Shown here piece after piece: positions 9,980-19,926 of a DNA stretch of 64,000 nucleotides. Below the pieces are notes generated by a model, which did not search any database, was not told the DNA's origin, and saw nothing but the letters and a program-made list of their open reading frames with translations. Within the stretch, counting starts at the first letter, position 1. The number at the start of each line of letters is the position of its first letter. A program made the translations under genes and the position numbers. The stretch is from Thermoplasmata archaeon. GTDB lineage: Archaea; Thermoplasmatota; Thermoplasmata; Lutacidiplasmatales; UBA184. Where the stretch lies: the NCBI GenBank assembly GCA_027314915.1, contig DAHUZZ010000005.1:25713-89712 (forward strand). The letters are read 5' to 3'.

Positions 9980-10456
9980 GTGGTCGAGGTCTCCGCGGTC
10001 GGGTTGATCCTGATCATCGGCGGGCTCATCGTCATCGCGCTCGAGTTCGTCCATCCGGGGGCCTTCCTGCTGATCCCGGGCACGGTGGTCCTCGCGTCGG
10101 GCGTGATCTTCCTCGTCGCCCCGGCCGCGCTATCCTCCTCGCCGATCGGGCCGCTCGTGGTGGCCCTCGTGGCGGTGGCGGCCGCGCTCATCACGATCCC
10201 CTGGTACCGTCGCATGGGGGCGGTCCACCGCCCCATGACGACGACCCCCGAGTCGCTCACGGGGGAGCGCGGCCTGGTCATCGCCCCCGTCGTACCGGAC
10301 CAGCTCTCGGGCAAGGTCCGGATCCACTCGGAGGTCTGGTCCGCCCGGTCGGATCGGCCCATCCCCGCGGGCACCCAGGTGCGCGTCCAAGGGGGTCAGG
10401 GCGTGGCGGTCTGGGTCCAGCCGATCGATCCCGATGCCCCCAAGACCGCGTCGTAG
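9980..10456 (+). CDS. Short NfeD-family protein
   Basis: Three TM helices plus C-terminal OB fold (GKVRIHSEVWSARSDRPIPAGTQVRV); directly upstream of SPFH genes; start approximate. Confidence 0.88.
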   Translation: MVEVSAVGLILIIGGLIVIALEFVHPGAFLLIPGTVVLASGVIFLVAPAALSSSPIGPLVVALVAVAAALITIPWYRRMGAVHRPMTTTPESLTGERGLVIAPVVPDQLSGKVRIHSEVWSARSDRPIPAGTQVRVQGGQGVAVWVQPIDPDAPKTAS

Positions 10457-10465
10457 GAGCCGGGC

Positions 10466-11059
10466 ATGGTCGATACCGTCGCGCTCGGGATCATCCTCGG
10501 GCTCACGCTCCTCCTGCTGGCCGTCTTCGCGATCGTACTCTTCCGAGCCGTCTGCGTGATCCCGCCCTCCGCGCAGGGCGTCCTCACCGTCTTGGGCTCG
10601 TATCGGCGGCTCCTCAACCCCGGGTTCCACGTGATCTCCCCGATGGCGCGCGTGACCCGGGTCGACCTCAGGTCCACGGTCGTCGCGCTTCCCGCGCAAT
10701 CGGTCGTCACCCTGGACAACTGCCCCCTGCTCGTCGACGCCGTCATCTCCTACCGGATCGTCGATGCCCCCCGGGCGACCTTCCAGGTCCGTGATCTTCC
10801 CGCCGCGATGGTGGCCTTCGCGCAGACCGGAGTGCGGTCCGTGGTCGGCGCGGCGCGCTCCGAGGAATTACCGTCCGCCCGGGCGCGCCTGAACCAGCAG
10901 CTCCGCTCGATCCTGGAGGAGAAGTCGGGCAGCTGGGGCGTCAAGGTCGAATCGGCGGAGATCAAGGATGCGGAGCCCCACCCCGCGGCGGAGGTCGCGC
11001 CGTCCGCCCCCACCCGCCTCGCCGCGGTCCGAGCGGTCCGCGCCGAACCCCTTCCCTGA
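10466..11059 (+). CDS. SPFH/stomatin-domain protein, short form
   Basis: N-terminal TM, LNPGFH, VDLR, QSVVTLDN, WGVKVESAEIKD; lacks the coiled-coil tail. Confidence 0.85.
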   Translation: MVDTVALGIILGLTLLLLAVFAIVLFRAVCVIPPSAQGVLTVLGSYRRLLNPGFHVISPMARVTRVDLRSTVVALPAQSVVTLDNCPLLVDAVISYRIVDAPRATFQVRDLPAAMVAFAQTGVRSVVGAARSEELPSARARLNQQLRSILEEKSGSWGVKVESAEIKDAEPHPAAEVAPSAPTRLAAVRAVRAEPLP

Positions 11060-11074
11060 GGTGAGAAGAAGAAC

Positions 11075-12370
11075 ATGGTCGATGCCGTCCTCGAAGCCGG
11101 AATCGCGCTGCTGTCCATCGTCATCGTCATCGCGTTCATCATCATCCTGGCCCGGGGGATCTACACCATCCTGCCCTACCAGCAGGGGGTGATGACCCGG
11201 CTCGGGTCCTACAAGCGGGTCCTCAACCCGGGGTTCCACGCCGTGAACCCCATCTCGACGGTGGTCCGGGTGGACCTCCGTACCCAGGTGCTCGAGGTGC
11301 CCCGGCAGGAGGTCATCACCAAGGACAACTCGCCCACGAACGTCGACGCCATCATCTACATCAAGGTCGTCGACTCGCCGCGCGCGATCTTCCAGGTCCA
11401 GGACTACCACGTCGCCACGGTCGCGCTCGCCCAGACGACGCTCCGGTCCGTCATCGGCGACATGGAGCTCGACGAGGTGCTGTACAACCGCGAGCGCATC
11501 AACACCCGCCTCCGGGACATCCTGGATGAGGCCACCGACCGATGGGGGGTCCGCGTCGAGGCGGTCGAGATCAAGGAGGTCGATCCCGTCGGGCCGGTCA
11601 AGGCCGCGATGGAGGAGCAGACCGCGGCCGAGCGGCAGCGGCGGGCGGCGGTGCTGCGCGCGGACGGCGAGAAGCGGAGCGCGATCCTCGTGGCCGAGGG
11701 TCAGAAGCGCTCGCGCATCCTCCAGGCGGAGGGGGTCCGGCAGTCCGCCATCCTCGAGGCCGAGGGCGCCCGGGTGGCCACCATCCTGGAGGCGCAGGGG
11801 GAGTCCCAGCGGCTCCGCATCCTCGCGCTGGGCGCCGGCACCCTCGATGCGAAGTCGCTCACCGTCCTCTCCCTCGACACCCTCGGGAGCGTCGCCAACG
11901 GCCAGGCGACGAAGATCATCTTCCCCTTCGAGATCTCGCGGCTCATGGAGGGCGCCTCCGAGTACCTGGGCGTTTCGCGCACCGTACCGGACCGCCAGCT
12001 CAACGCCTTCCACGACCTGGAGGCGCAGATCGGCCACGTCGACGACGTCCTGGGCCCCATCCCGAAGCAGACGGAGCTCATGACCGAGATCCAGACGATC
12101 GAGCAGGAGATCAAGGCGGAGTCCGACGCCGCCACCGAGGTGGTGGCCGGGCAGGACTCCGCCGAGGTGGTCGCCCCGTCGCCCGGGCTCCCCGCTCCGA
12201 AGGGTGCGCCGAGCTCGGTGCAGTCGGCCGGGCCGAGGGCCCCCATCTTCGCGACCGCGCAGTCGCCGGGCCCCGCGCCGGAGGCGACGATCCCCCCGAG
12301 CCCGGGCACCCCCGGGACCTCCGGGGCGCCGGACCCCCGCCGCCGGCCCCCGCCCCCGCCGTCCCCGTGA
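11075..12370 (+). CDS. SPFH/stomatin (QmcA/paraslipin-like) protein
   Basis: QEVITKDN, TTLRSVIG, WGVRVEAVEIK, AEG/ADG-repeat coiled coil, Pro-rich tail. Confidence 0.92.
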   Translation: MVDAVLEAGIALLSIVIVIAFIIILARGIYTILPYQQGVMTRLGSYKRVLNPGFHAVNPISTVVRVDLRTQVLEVPRQEVITKDNSPTNVDAIIYIKVVDSPRAIFQVQDYHVATVALAQTTLRSVIGDMELDEVLYNRERINTRLRDILDEATDRWGVRVEAVEIKEVDPVGPVKAAMEEQTAAERQRRAAVLRADGEKRSAILVAEGQKRSRILQAEGVRQSAILEAEGARVATILEAQGESQRLRILALGAGTLDAKSLTVLSLDTLGSVANGQATKIIFPFEISRLMEGASEYLGVSRTVPDRQLNAFHDLEAQIGHVDDVLGPIPKQTELMTEIQTIEQEIKAESDAATEVVAGQDSAEVVAPSPGLPAPKGAPSSVQSAGPRAPIFATAQSPGPAPEATIPPSPGTPGTSGAPDPRRRPPPPPSP

Positions 12371-12468
12371 ACTCCGGGGGGCACGGGACGCCGGATCGGG
12401 ACGCGCCCAGGACGCCGTGGGACGGAAGGGGTTATACGATGCCCCGGCCGGTGGAAGCCGGAGACTGA

Positions 12469-13761
12469 GTGTCGACCCCGAACGCCGGCGCCTCCGCGCC
12501 CCAGCTCACCGCCCGGCTCCGGGCCTTCTACCGTTGGCTCACGCCGCTCCGCCTGCTCTGCTTCGCCCTGCTCGGGCTCGCGGCCTACGGCGGCTACGTA
12601 CTGGGCGTCGCCAGCGTCCTCGTCCAGCTCCTCGTGATCCCGGCGGTCGCCCTCGCGGTGGACGGCCTCGTCGGCTGGGCCCGGTACCGCACCTTCCGGT
12701 TCCCCTGGGCGGGGCTCGCCACCGGCCTCTTCGTCGCCCTCCTGATCCCGCCGCAGGGCCTCGAGATCCCGGTCTCGAGCGGCACCGTGCTCCTCGCGGG
12801 GGCCGTCATGACCGCGGTCGCGCTGCTCGCGAAGCAGCTCTTCCGGAGCCGGAACCATCCCTGGTTCAACCCGGCCGCACTCGCGCTGGTCGGCGCCGGG
12901 GTCCTGTTCGGGATCGCCCCGGCCTGGTGGGGGGCGCTGAGCCTCCCCGCGATCCTGATCGCCGGGATCGCGGTCGCGCTCCGGCAGCCGCGCCGGTGGG
13001 TGATCCCGGTGAGCTTCTTCGCGAGCTACACGCTCCTCAGCTCGCTGGGAAGCTACCTGCTGCTCGGTACGACCGACCCGCACATCCTCCTCCTCGATGC
13101 GATCGACCCCTCGGTCCTCTTCTTCACCCTCCTCATGGTCACCGAGCCCCGCAGCTCGGTCGCGAACCCGACCCTCCAGCCGGTCTTCGGGCTCTCCGCG
13201 GGCCTGCTCGCCGGGCTGCTCCGCCTGGGCTTCAACGGCTACACCTCCCTCGTCGCCTCGGAGAACCTGCTGCTCGCGCTCCTGGCTGCCAACCTGTTCG
13301 CGGTCGTCCTCCGCCACTACGACGCCCTCGCGCGGGAGTCCCGGTCCCCCGCCCCCGCGAAGGTGCGGCGCCCCGCGTCCGCGGCGGCGAGCCGCCGGCG
13401 GACGTGGGGGTGGGAGCACCGGGCCGCGGTGGCGTTCGTGCTGATCGTCCTCCTCGGCGTCACGATCGGGGTCGCCGGCACCCCACCGGCCCCGCCCTCC
13501 GGGCCGCCGCCGAAGCTCATCGTCGTCTCGTGCACGCAGGACAACCGCACGATCTCCTCCTCGGACCTCTCGATGCTCCACCAGCGGCTCGGGCCGTCGG
13601 TCATCTTCTCCTACAACCCCGCGAACGGCGCCACCGTCTTCTACGACCCCGTGGACCACGTCACGGTCTACGAGACCGACCTCTTCGAGGACTACGGCTT
13701 CGCCGAGTTCAACGGGGACGACCTGATCCTGGCGAACGGTTGCTCGCTGGGCGCCGCGTAG
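12469..13761 (+). CDS. RnfD/NqrB-like membrane protein with C-terminal soluble domain
   Basis: AKQLF..NHPWFNPAALAL and FFTLLMVTEPRSS resemble the RnfD/NqrB FNPA and FMATDP motifs; many TM helices. Confidence 0.7.
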   Translation: MSTPNAGASAPQLTARLRAFYRWLTPLRLLCFALLGLAAYGGYVLGVASVLVQLLVIPAVALAVDGLVGWARYRTFRFPWAGLATGLFVALLIPPQGLEIPVSSGTVLLAGAVMTAVALLAKQLFRSRNHPWFNPAALALVGAGVLFGIAPAWWGALSLPAILIAGIAVALRQPRRWVIPVSFFASYTLLSSLGSYLLLGTTDPHILLLDAIDPSVLFFTLLMVTEPRSSVANPTLQPVFGLSAGLLAGLLRLGFNGYTSLVASENLLLALLAANLFAVVLRHYDALARESRSPAPAKVRRPASAAASRRRTWGWEHRAAVAFVLIVLLGVTIGVAGTPPAPPSGPPPKLIVVSCTQDNRTISSSDLSMLHQRLGPSVIFSYNPANGATVFYDPVDHVTVYETDLFEDYGFAEFNGDDLILANGCSLGAA

Positions 13762-13808
13762 CGGGGGGCCGTCGCTGACTATATCGGGCCGCCGGGCTCC
13801 CGGGCCGC

Positions 13809-14603
13809 ATGGCGGCCCCCGGCAGCGCGCTCAAGATCGAACGGCGGGACGGGATCGTCGAACTTCGGATCAACCGGCCGGACCGGCTCAACGCGCTCGA
13901 CATCCCGTCGCTCAAGGAGCTCCGCGAGGCGCTCCAGGGGATCTGCGTCGATCCGAGCGTGCGGGCGGTCCTCCTCACCGGTGAAGGGCGGGCCTTCTGC
14001 GCGGGGGGCGACGTCGCCGTGATGGAGGAGTACCGGGAGAAAGGCCAGCTCCCCCGGCTCTTCCACGACCTCACGGGCGAGCAGGAGCTGGCCGTCCGCG
14101 AGATCCTGGGCATGCCGAAGCCCGTCGTCGCCGCGCTCCCCGGCGTGGCCGCGGGCGGAGGCCTGTCGCTCGCGCTCGCGGCCGACTGGAGGATCGCGAG
14201 CACGGACGCGTTCCTCGTGCCGGCCTTCCCCGCGCTCGGCGCGGTCCCCGACGGCGGCCTGACCTACTTCCTCCCGCACTTCCTCGGGATCGGGCTCGCC
14301 CAGGAGCTCCTCTTCACCCACGCCCGGGTGCCGGCCGCCCGGGCCCGGGAGCTCGGGCTGGTGCACGAGGTCGTCGAGCCCGGCGCGCTCGCGGCGCGCG
14401 CCCGGGCCCGCACCGAGGAGCTCGCGAACGGCCCCGTCTTCGCCTACGGCTGGATGAAGCAGCTCATGTCGGGCGCCTTCTCGCAGAGCCTCGAGACCCA
14501 GCTGGCCCTGGAGCGGCGGGGCGCCGTGGAGGCCGCGGAGCGGAACGAGCTCCCGGAGGGGATCCGGGCGTTCCGGGAGAAGCGCCCGCCCCGGTTCCGC
14601 TAG
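13809..14603 (+). CDS. Enoyl-CoA hydratase/isomerase (crotonase, PaaG-like)
   Basis: NRPDRLNAL, AFCAGGD, AAGGG, GAVPDGG, EGIRAFREKRPP. Confidence 0.92.
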   Translation: MAAPGSALKIERRDGIVELRINRPDRLNALDIPSLKELREALQGICVDPSVRAVLLTGEGRAFCAGGDVAVMEEYREKGQLPRLFHDLTGEQELAVREILGMPKPVVAALPGVAAGGGLSLALAADWRIASTDAFLVPAFPALGAVPDGGLTYFLPHFLGIGLAQELLFTHARVPAARARELGLVHEVVEPGALAARARARTEELANGPVFAYGWMKQLMSGAFSQSLETQLALERRGAVEAAERNELPEGIRAFREKRPPRFR

Positions 14604-15223
14604 TCCGGGACGGCCGGGGCGGCGGTGGAGGGGCGCTCGAGCGCCCTCGCGAGCCGCGCGCGGACCGCGGGCCATTCGTCCGCGAGGATCCCGTAGCACA
14701 CCGAGGACCGGAAGCTTCCGTCGGGGCGGACCAGGTGCTCCCGGAAGAGCCCCTCGCGGCGCGCCCCGAGCCGTTCGATGGCCCGCTGGGAGCGTCCGTT
14801 CAAGAGGTCCGTCTTGAATTCCACCCGGTGGCACCCTTCCGTCTCGAACGCGTGGCGAAGGAGGAGCAGCTTCGACTCGGTGTTCACCGCGGTCCGCCAT
14901 CGGGAGCGCTCGTACCAGGTCCCCCCGATCTCCACCCGGCGGTGGCGCCGGTCGATCCCGAGGAACCGGGTCATGCCGAGGGGGAGACCGGTGCGGGCCT
15001 CCACGACGGTGAACGGGAGGTCGGTCCCGGCCCCCTGCGCGCTCAGGAGCTCCTCGATGGCGGCGCGCATCCGGTCGGGGTCGCGGAGATCGCCCACGAG
15101 CATGTGCGCCCAGATCTCGGGGGAGCGGGCGGCCTCGAGGAGCGCCGGCGCGTGCTCGCGCGAGAGCGGCCGGAGCTCGACGACCCGACCGACCAGGGTG
15201 ACCGGCGGCCGGAACTCCATCAT
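14600..15223 (-). CDS. RimJ/RimL-type GNAT acetyltransferase
   Basis: [36 protein letters not shown]. Confidence 0.9.
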   Translation of the reverse strand: MMEFRPPVTLVGRVVELRPLSREHAPALLEAARSPEIWAHMLVGDLRDPDRMRAAIEELLSAQGAGTDLPFTVVEARTGLPLGMTRFLGIDRRHRRVEIGGTWYERSRWRTAVNTESKLLLLRHAFETEGCHRVEFKTDLLNGRSQRAIERLGARREGLFREHLVRPDGSFRSSVCYGILADEWPAVRARLARALERPSTAAPAVPD

Positions 15224-15312
15224 CCCGCGGAACGATCGCAGCCGCCGGGCTTCCAAGAGCCTTGCGATGGGCGCGCGGGACCCCCGCTCCGACGAAGAGC
15301 GCGCCGAGCCCA

Positions 15313-15328
15313 GCTTAGGGTTAAATAA
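15313..15328. promoter_or_regulatory. TATA-like elements of the divergent nuo / GNAT promoter region
   Basis: AT-rich GCTTAGGGTTAAATAA island in GC-rich DNA upstream of nuoA; a GGAGG Shine-Dalgarno precedes the nuoA ATG. Confidence 0.6.
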
Positions 15329-15376
15329 CGACCCGGGGTGCTACGGCCGTCCTCGCCGGGTGGACGGAGGAAATCG

Positions 15377-15739
15377 ATGGACAGTGTGACCCTGTTCCTC
15401 GTCTTCGCGGCGATCGCCGTCGCCTTCGGCGCCGGCTCCCTTCTGGCGAACCGCACGCTCGGGGCCCGGTCGCGCCGCTCCTACCTCCAGTCGATGACCT
15501 ACGAGTGCGGGCAGGAGGCGGAGGGGGAGGCGCAGATCGACTTCCCCACGCAGCACTACACCTTCGCCATCATCTTCGTCGCGGTCGATGTGCTCGGCTT
15601 CATCCTCGCGCTCTGGGGGCTCACCTTCCGGGGCGTGAACTCGAGCCTGCTGCCCACGCTCATCGCCTTCGGGTTCACGGCACTCGCGCTCGCCGGGATC
15701 TACTACGCCCTCTCCGGGGAGCGGAGGTGGGTCGTATGA
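15377..15739 (+). CDS. nuoA: Complex I-like subunit A
   Basis: TYECG motif, 3 TM helices. Confidence 0.9.
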   Translation: MDSVTLFLVFAAIAVAFGAGSLLANRTLGARSRRSYLQSMTYECGQEAEGEAQIDFPTQHYTFAIIFVAVDVLGFILALWGLTFRGVNSSLLPTLIAFGFTALALAGIYYALSGERRWVV

Positions 15740-16356
15740 CGGGGACCTCCACGACGGTCGTCCCCAAGCCCCGACCCCCGATCGAGGCGGCCGCCCCCGC
15801 CGGGGAGCTGCCGATGGTCACGCAGCCCGCGCTCCCCTTCTTCGAGATCGAGACGCTGCGCGCCGAGCAGTTCATCCCGAACGCGAAGGAGGCGTTGGGC
15901 TCGATGATCGCCGAGCAGGCCCAGGACAAGCTCATCCGCCCCGTCTTCAACTGGGCCGGCCGCAACTCCCTCTTCCCGCTCCACTGGGGGCTGGCGTGCT
16001 GCGCCATCGAGTTCGCGGCCGCCTTCGGCGCCCGGTGGGATGCGGAGCGGTTCGGCGTGGTCCCGCGCTCCTCGCCCCGCCAGTGCGACCTGCTCATCGT
16101 GAACGGGACGGTCACCTGGAAGGTGGCGCACAAGCTCATCACGCTCTACGAGCAGATGCCCGAGCCCAAGTGGGTCATCGCCATGGGCAACTGCGCGACC
16201 GGGGGAGGTCCGTTCCGGACCGCCTACTCGGTGGTCCCGGGCGTGGACAAGCTCGTCCCCGTCGACGTCTACATCGCCGGATGCCCGCCGCGCCCCGAGG
16301 CGCTGCTCGACGGCATCCTGCTGCTCGAGAGGTTGATCCAGGAGCGCCGCGAGTAG
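15736..16356 (+). CDS. nuoB: Complex I-like subunit B
   Basis: [36 protein letters not shown]. Confidence 0.96.
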   Translation: MTGTSTTVVPKPRPPIEAAAPAGELPMVTQPALPFFEIETLRAEQFIPNAKEALGSMIAEQAQDKLIRPVFNWAGRNSLFPLHWGLACCAIEFAAAFGARWDAERFGVVPRSSPRQCDLLIVNGTVTWKVAHKLITLYEQMPEPKWVIAMGNCATGGGPFRTAYSVVPGVDKLVPVDVYIAGCPPRPEALLDGILLLERLIQERRE

Positions 16357-16378
16357 GCCCGCCGGGCCGGGGGCAGAG

Positions 16379-16873
16379 ATGGAGGCGAGCGCGAGACTGT
16401 TCCAGCGGGACCTGATGGGGAAGCTCTCGAAGCGCTTCCCGACCGGCTTCCTCGGCCTCGACCCCTTCCCGGGCACCTTCGGGAGGATCCGGTTCGACCC
16501 CGCGATCGCCCTCGAGCTCTTCCGCGAGATCCGCGACGTCCACGCCTTCGAGCACCTGGCCATGGTGGCCGGCATCGACTGGGTCGAGCGGCGCGAGGTC
16601 CTCTACACCGTCTGGTCCGACGTCCACCGCGGGTACCTCCTCCTCTCCGCGATGCTGCCCGCCGAGCGTCCCCACATCGAGACCGCGACCACCGTCTGGC
16701 CGTCCGCGAACTGGCACGAACGGGAGACCTGGGAGCTCGTCGACATCACCTTCGACCATCATCCGGACCTCCGGAACCTCCTCCTCCCGACGGGCTACCA
16801 GTTCCATCCGCTGCTCCGGTCGTTCAAGCTGCACGAGCCCGAGGAGCTCGAGGTGAAGGTGCGCCATGTCTGA
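16379..16873 (+). CDS. nuoC: Complex I-like subunit C
   Basis: ANWHERETWEL, HPDLRNLLLP, HPLLR. Confidence 0.93.
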   Translation: MEASARLFQRDLMGKLSKRFPTGFLGLDPFPGTFGRIRFDPAIALELFREIRDVHAFEHLAMVAGIDWVERREVLYTVWSDVHRGYLLLSAMLPAERPHIETATTVWPSANWHERETWELVDITFDHHPDLRNLLLPTGYQFHPLLRSFKLHEPEELEVKVRHV

Positions 16874-18011
16874 GATGTGGATCAACATGGGGCCGCAGCA
16901 CCCCATGACGCACGGGCTGTGGAACCTGAGGGTCCGGATCGACGGGGAGCTCGTCCTCGAGGTGGACCCCGAGATGGGCTACCTCCACCGCGGGATCGAG
17001 AAGATCTCGGAGGACCGGCACTACAACGAGGTGATCACCCTCATGGACCGTACCTGCTACGTCGCGGGGATGGCCTGGGAGAACCTCTTCATCCTGGGGG
17101 CCGAGCAGGCGCTCCACGTCGAGCCGCCGGAACGGGCGAAGTGGATCCGCACGCTCAGCGAGGAGTTCCAGCGGATCGGCTCGCACGTGATGTGGTACGC
17201 CGCGTTCGTGCAGGACATCGGCCTCATGGCCCCGTTCCTCTACGGCATGCGGGACCGCGACCTCGTCCTCGACCTCTTCCAGAGCTACACCGGCGCCCGG
17301 ATGACCTACGAGTACAACCGGGTCGGGGGCGTGCGCAACGACCTCCCGCCGGGGTTCATCGACCGGGCCCGGAAGGTCTGCGACTGGCTCCTGGACCGGT
17401 TCCAGGAGTACGACGACCTCTGCCTCGGCTCCGACATCTTCCGCAAGCGCTGCGACGGCCTGGGCGTGCTCAAGGCCGCCGACTGCGTCCGGGCGGGCAT
17501 CACCGGACCGATGCTCCGCTCGGCCGGCGTGAAGCGGGACGTGAGGAAGGACCGCCCGTACAACGCCTACGACCAGGTGGAGTTCGACGTCGCCGTGGCC
17601 GACGGCGCCGACGTGACGGCGCGCTACCTGGTGCGGATGGAGGAGCTCCGGCAGTCGGTCCGCATCATCCGGCAGTGCCTCGACTGGCTCGAGCGGAACC
17701 CGGGGCCCGCCATGGCCGAGAACCTGCCGCGGTGGATGGGCGCCCCGTACGCCCCCGTCGGCAAGGAGGGCTACCTGCTCAAGCGCAACTACCCCAAGGG
17801 GGTCGGCCTCTCGGCCATCGAGGAGCCCCACGGTGAGGCGCTCGCCTACGTCGTGAACGAGGGCGGGGAGCATCCCTACCGGGTGAAGCTCAAGTCGCCC
17901 ATCTTCACGAACCTCTCGGCCGCGAAGCACTACCTCGTGGGCTACCGGGTCGCCGACATCCCGCCCATCATGGGGAGCGTCGACGTCTGCGTGGGGGAGG
18001 TGGACCGTTGA
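16866..18011 (+). CDS. nuoD: Complex I-like subunit D
   Basis: NMGPQHPMTHG, GYLHRGIEK, C-terminal GEVDR; no NiFe CxxC pairs. Confidence 0.96.
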   Translation: MSEMWINMGPQHPMTHGLWNLRVRIDGELVLEVDPEMGYLHRGIEKISEDRHYNEVITLMDRTCYVAGMAWENLFILGAEQALHVEPPERAKWIRTLSEEFQRIGSHVMWYAAFVQDIGLMAPFLYGMRDRDLVLDLFQSYTGARMTYEYNRVGGVRNDLPPGFIDRARKVCDWLLDRFQEYDDLCLGSDIFRKRCDGLGVLKAADCVRAGITGPMLRSAGVKRDVRKDRPYNAYDQVEFDVAVADGADVTARYLVRMEELRQSVRIIRQCLDWLERNPGPAMAENLPRWMGAPYAPVGKEGYLLKRNYPKGVGLSAIEEPHGEALAYVVNEGGEHPYRVKLKSPIFTNLSAAKHYLVGYRVADIPPIMGSVDVCVGEVDR

Positions 18012-19138
18012 GCACCGTCACGCTCTACTCGGTCGCGAACGGGCTCATCGTCGCGATCCTCACGGGCCTGTACTCCGTGCTGCCGCACGCCTACTTCGGC
18101 TGGCTGGTCAACCCGGACCTCATCCTGGTCCTGAGCGTCCTCGTGTTCGGCGCGATCCTGCTCGCGGCGAGCATGATCAACACGATCATGCTGATCTGGT
18201 ACGAGCGGAAGCTGCTCGGCCGCTTCATGGACCGGCGCGGCGCCATGCACGTCGGCTACGCCGGGCTGCTCCAGAACTTCGCCGACGGGATCAAGCTCTT
18301 CCGGAAGAACACCTACAAGCCCCGCGACGCGGACGGGCTCGGCTTCTACGCGGCCCCGACCGCGTACATGGTCACCTCGGTCATGATCTTCGCGATACTG
18401 CCGGCCTCGTGGGGCTGGACCGCGGGACCGCTCCCGTTGAGCCTCCTGCTGGCGCTCGTCGTCTTCTCCTTCGCGCCGTTGTTCATCTTCCTCTCGGCCT
18501 GGTCGCAGGCGAACAAGTACTCGCTCATCGGGGGGATGCGCTCGGCCGCGCAGATGATCGCCTACGAGGTCCCCATCCTCCTCGCCGTCGTCGCCGTCGT
18601 GATCGTCTCCGGCACGTTCGACCTCACGACGATCGTGACGATGCAGACGAACTACTGGTTCGGGATCCCGCTGTTCGTCGCGCTGATCGTGTTCGTGACG
18701 GGGATGCTCGCCGAGATGGAGCGGATCCCCTTCGACCTCCCCGAGGCGGAGGCCGAGCTCGTCGAGGGGTGGAACACCGAGTACGGCGGGATGCTGTTCG
18801 CGTTCTTCATGCTCTCCGACTACCTCCGTGCGCTCATCGGGAGCTTCCTGGTCGTCCTCCTCTTCCTCGGGGGCTGGACGATGCCGGGCTGGGTGCCGTC
18901 GTCGCTCACGGCCCTCCCCCTCGCGGCGCTCTTCTGGTTCCTGCTCAAGACCTACATCGTCTTCGGCGTCTTCGTCTGGGTGCGCGCCTCGCTGCCGCGG
19001 GTGCGGACCGACCAGCTCCTCCGGATCGGATGGATGCGGATGGTGCCGCTGTCGCTCCTCGCGATCGTGCTCGCCGCGCTGCTGGTCCTCGCGAAGTGCC
19101 TGCCGGTCCTCGGGTGCCTGCCCGGGGTGGGAGGATAG
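18008..19138 (+). CDS. nuoH: Complex I-like subunit H
   Basis: ERKLLG, GLLQNFADGIKL, RIPFDLPEAEAELVEG, PRVRTDQL. Confidence 0.96.
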   Translation: MSTVTLYSVANGLIVAILTGLYSVLPHAYFGWLVNPDLILVLSVLVFGAILLAASMINTIMLIWYERKLLGRFMDRRGAMHVGYAGLLQNFADGIKLFRKNTYKPRDADGLGFYAAPTAYMVTSVMIFAILPASWGWTAGPLPLSLLLALVVFSFAPLFIFLSAWSQANKYSLIGGMRSAAQMIAYEVPILLAVVAVVIVSGTFDLTTIVTMQTNYWFGIPLFVALIVFVTGMLAEMERIPFDLPEAEAELVEGWNTEYGGMLFAFFMLSDYLRALIGSFLVVLLFLGGWTMPGWVPSSLTALPLAALFWFLLKTYIVFGVFVWVRASLPRVRTDQLLRIGWMRMVPLSLLAIVLAALLVLAKCLPVLGCLPGVGG

Positions 19139-19143
19139 GACGG

Positions 19144-19926
19144 ATGGCGACCGAGGAGACCGCCGTCCGTTCCGGCAAGACCGAGCTGCCGCTGCTGTGG
19201 GTCGCGAAGCCGCTCGCGACCGCCGCCCGGCAGTTCGGCAGGAGCCTCGTGCGGCCGAGCACGATCGTCTACCCGTTCGAGCGGCTCGAGGACCCGAAGT
19301 TCCGCACGGAGGTCCACGTCGCCTCGGGCAAGCCGATCGGCGTGGGGGCGGTCTGGGACAACTACCGGGGGGTCCACGCGCTCAACCTCGAGACCTGCAT
19401 CTCCTGCAACCTCTGCGCGTTCAGCTGCCCGGACATCTGCATCGAGATGGTCACGGTGCCGGGGGGCGACCCCAAGCACCCGAAGAAGTGCCCGCAGATC
19501 GACTACGGGAAGTGCAGCTACTGCGGGTTCTGCTCGGACGCCTGCCCCGAGGGCTGCCTCACCATGACCACCCGCTACGAGCTCTCGGTCACGAAGCGGT
19601 CGGAGATGGTGTACTCCCCGGAGCGGCTCTACGGGGTCTACAAAGAGAAGCTCCCGATGAACCCGATCCGGCTCGAGCGGCCGAAGAACGAGGACTCGAT
19701 CCTCCTCGACGCTCCGCTCTGCATCGGGTGCAACGCCTGCGCCCGGGACTGCCCGACGAACTGCATCACGATGCTCGACATCCCCAAGGCGGCCCCGAAG
19801 CCCGGGGAGAAGCCGGCCAAGCGGATCTGGAAGGAACCGGTGGTCAACGACTCCGACTGCGTCCGATGCGGCACCTGCATCTCCGTCTGTCCGAAGGAGT
19901 GCCTGTTCTGGGGGACCCACCCGTGA
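19144..19926 (+). CDS. nuoI: Complex I-like subunit I with additional 2[4Fe-4S] domain
   Basis: YPFE, YRGVH and four CxxCxxCxxxCP motifs. Confidence 0.93.
   Translation: MATEETAVRSGKTELPLLWVAKPLATAARQFGRSLVRPSTIVYPFERLEDPKFRTEVHVASGKPIGVGAVWDNYRGVHALNLETCISCNLCAFSCPDICIEMVTVPGGDPKHPKKCPQIDYGKCSYCGFCSDACPEGCLTMTTRYELSVTKRSEMVYSPERLYGVYKEKLPMNPIRLERPKNEDSILLDAPLCIGCNACARDCPTNCITMLDIPKAAPKPGEKPAKRIWKEPVVNDSDCVRCGTCISVCPKECLFWGTHP

Noticed and set aside
16866-18011. Group 4 [NiFe] hydrogenase large subunit
   Set aside because: The paired CxxC Ni ligands are absent (only single Cys in RTCY and DVC); the GPQHP motif and gene order fit NuoD.
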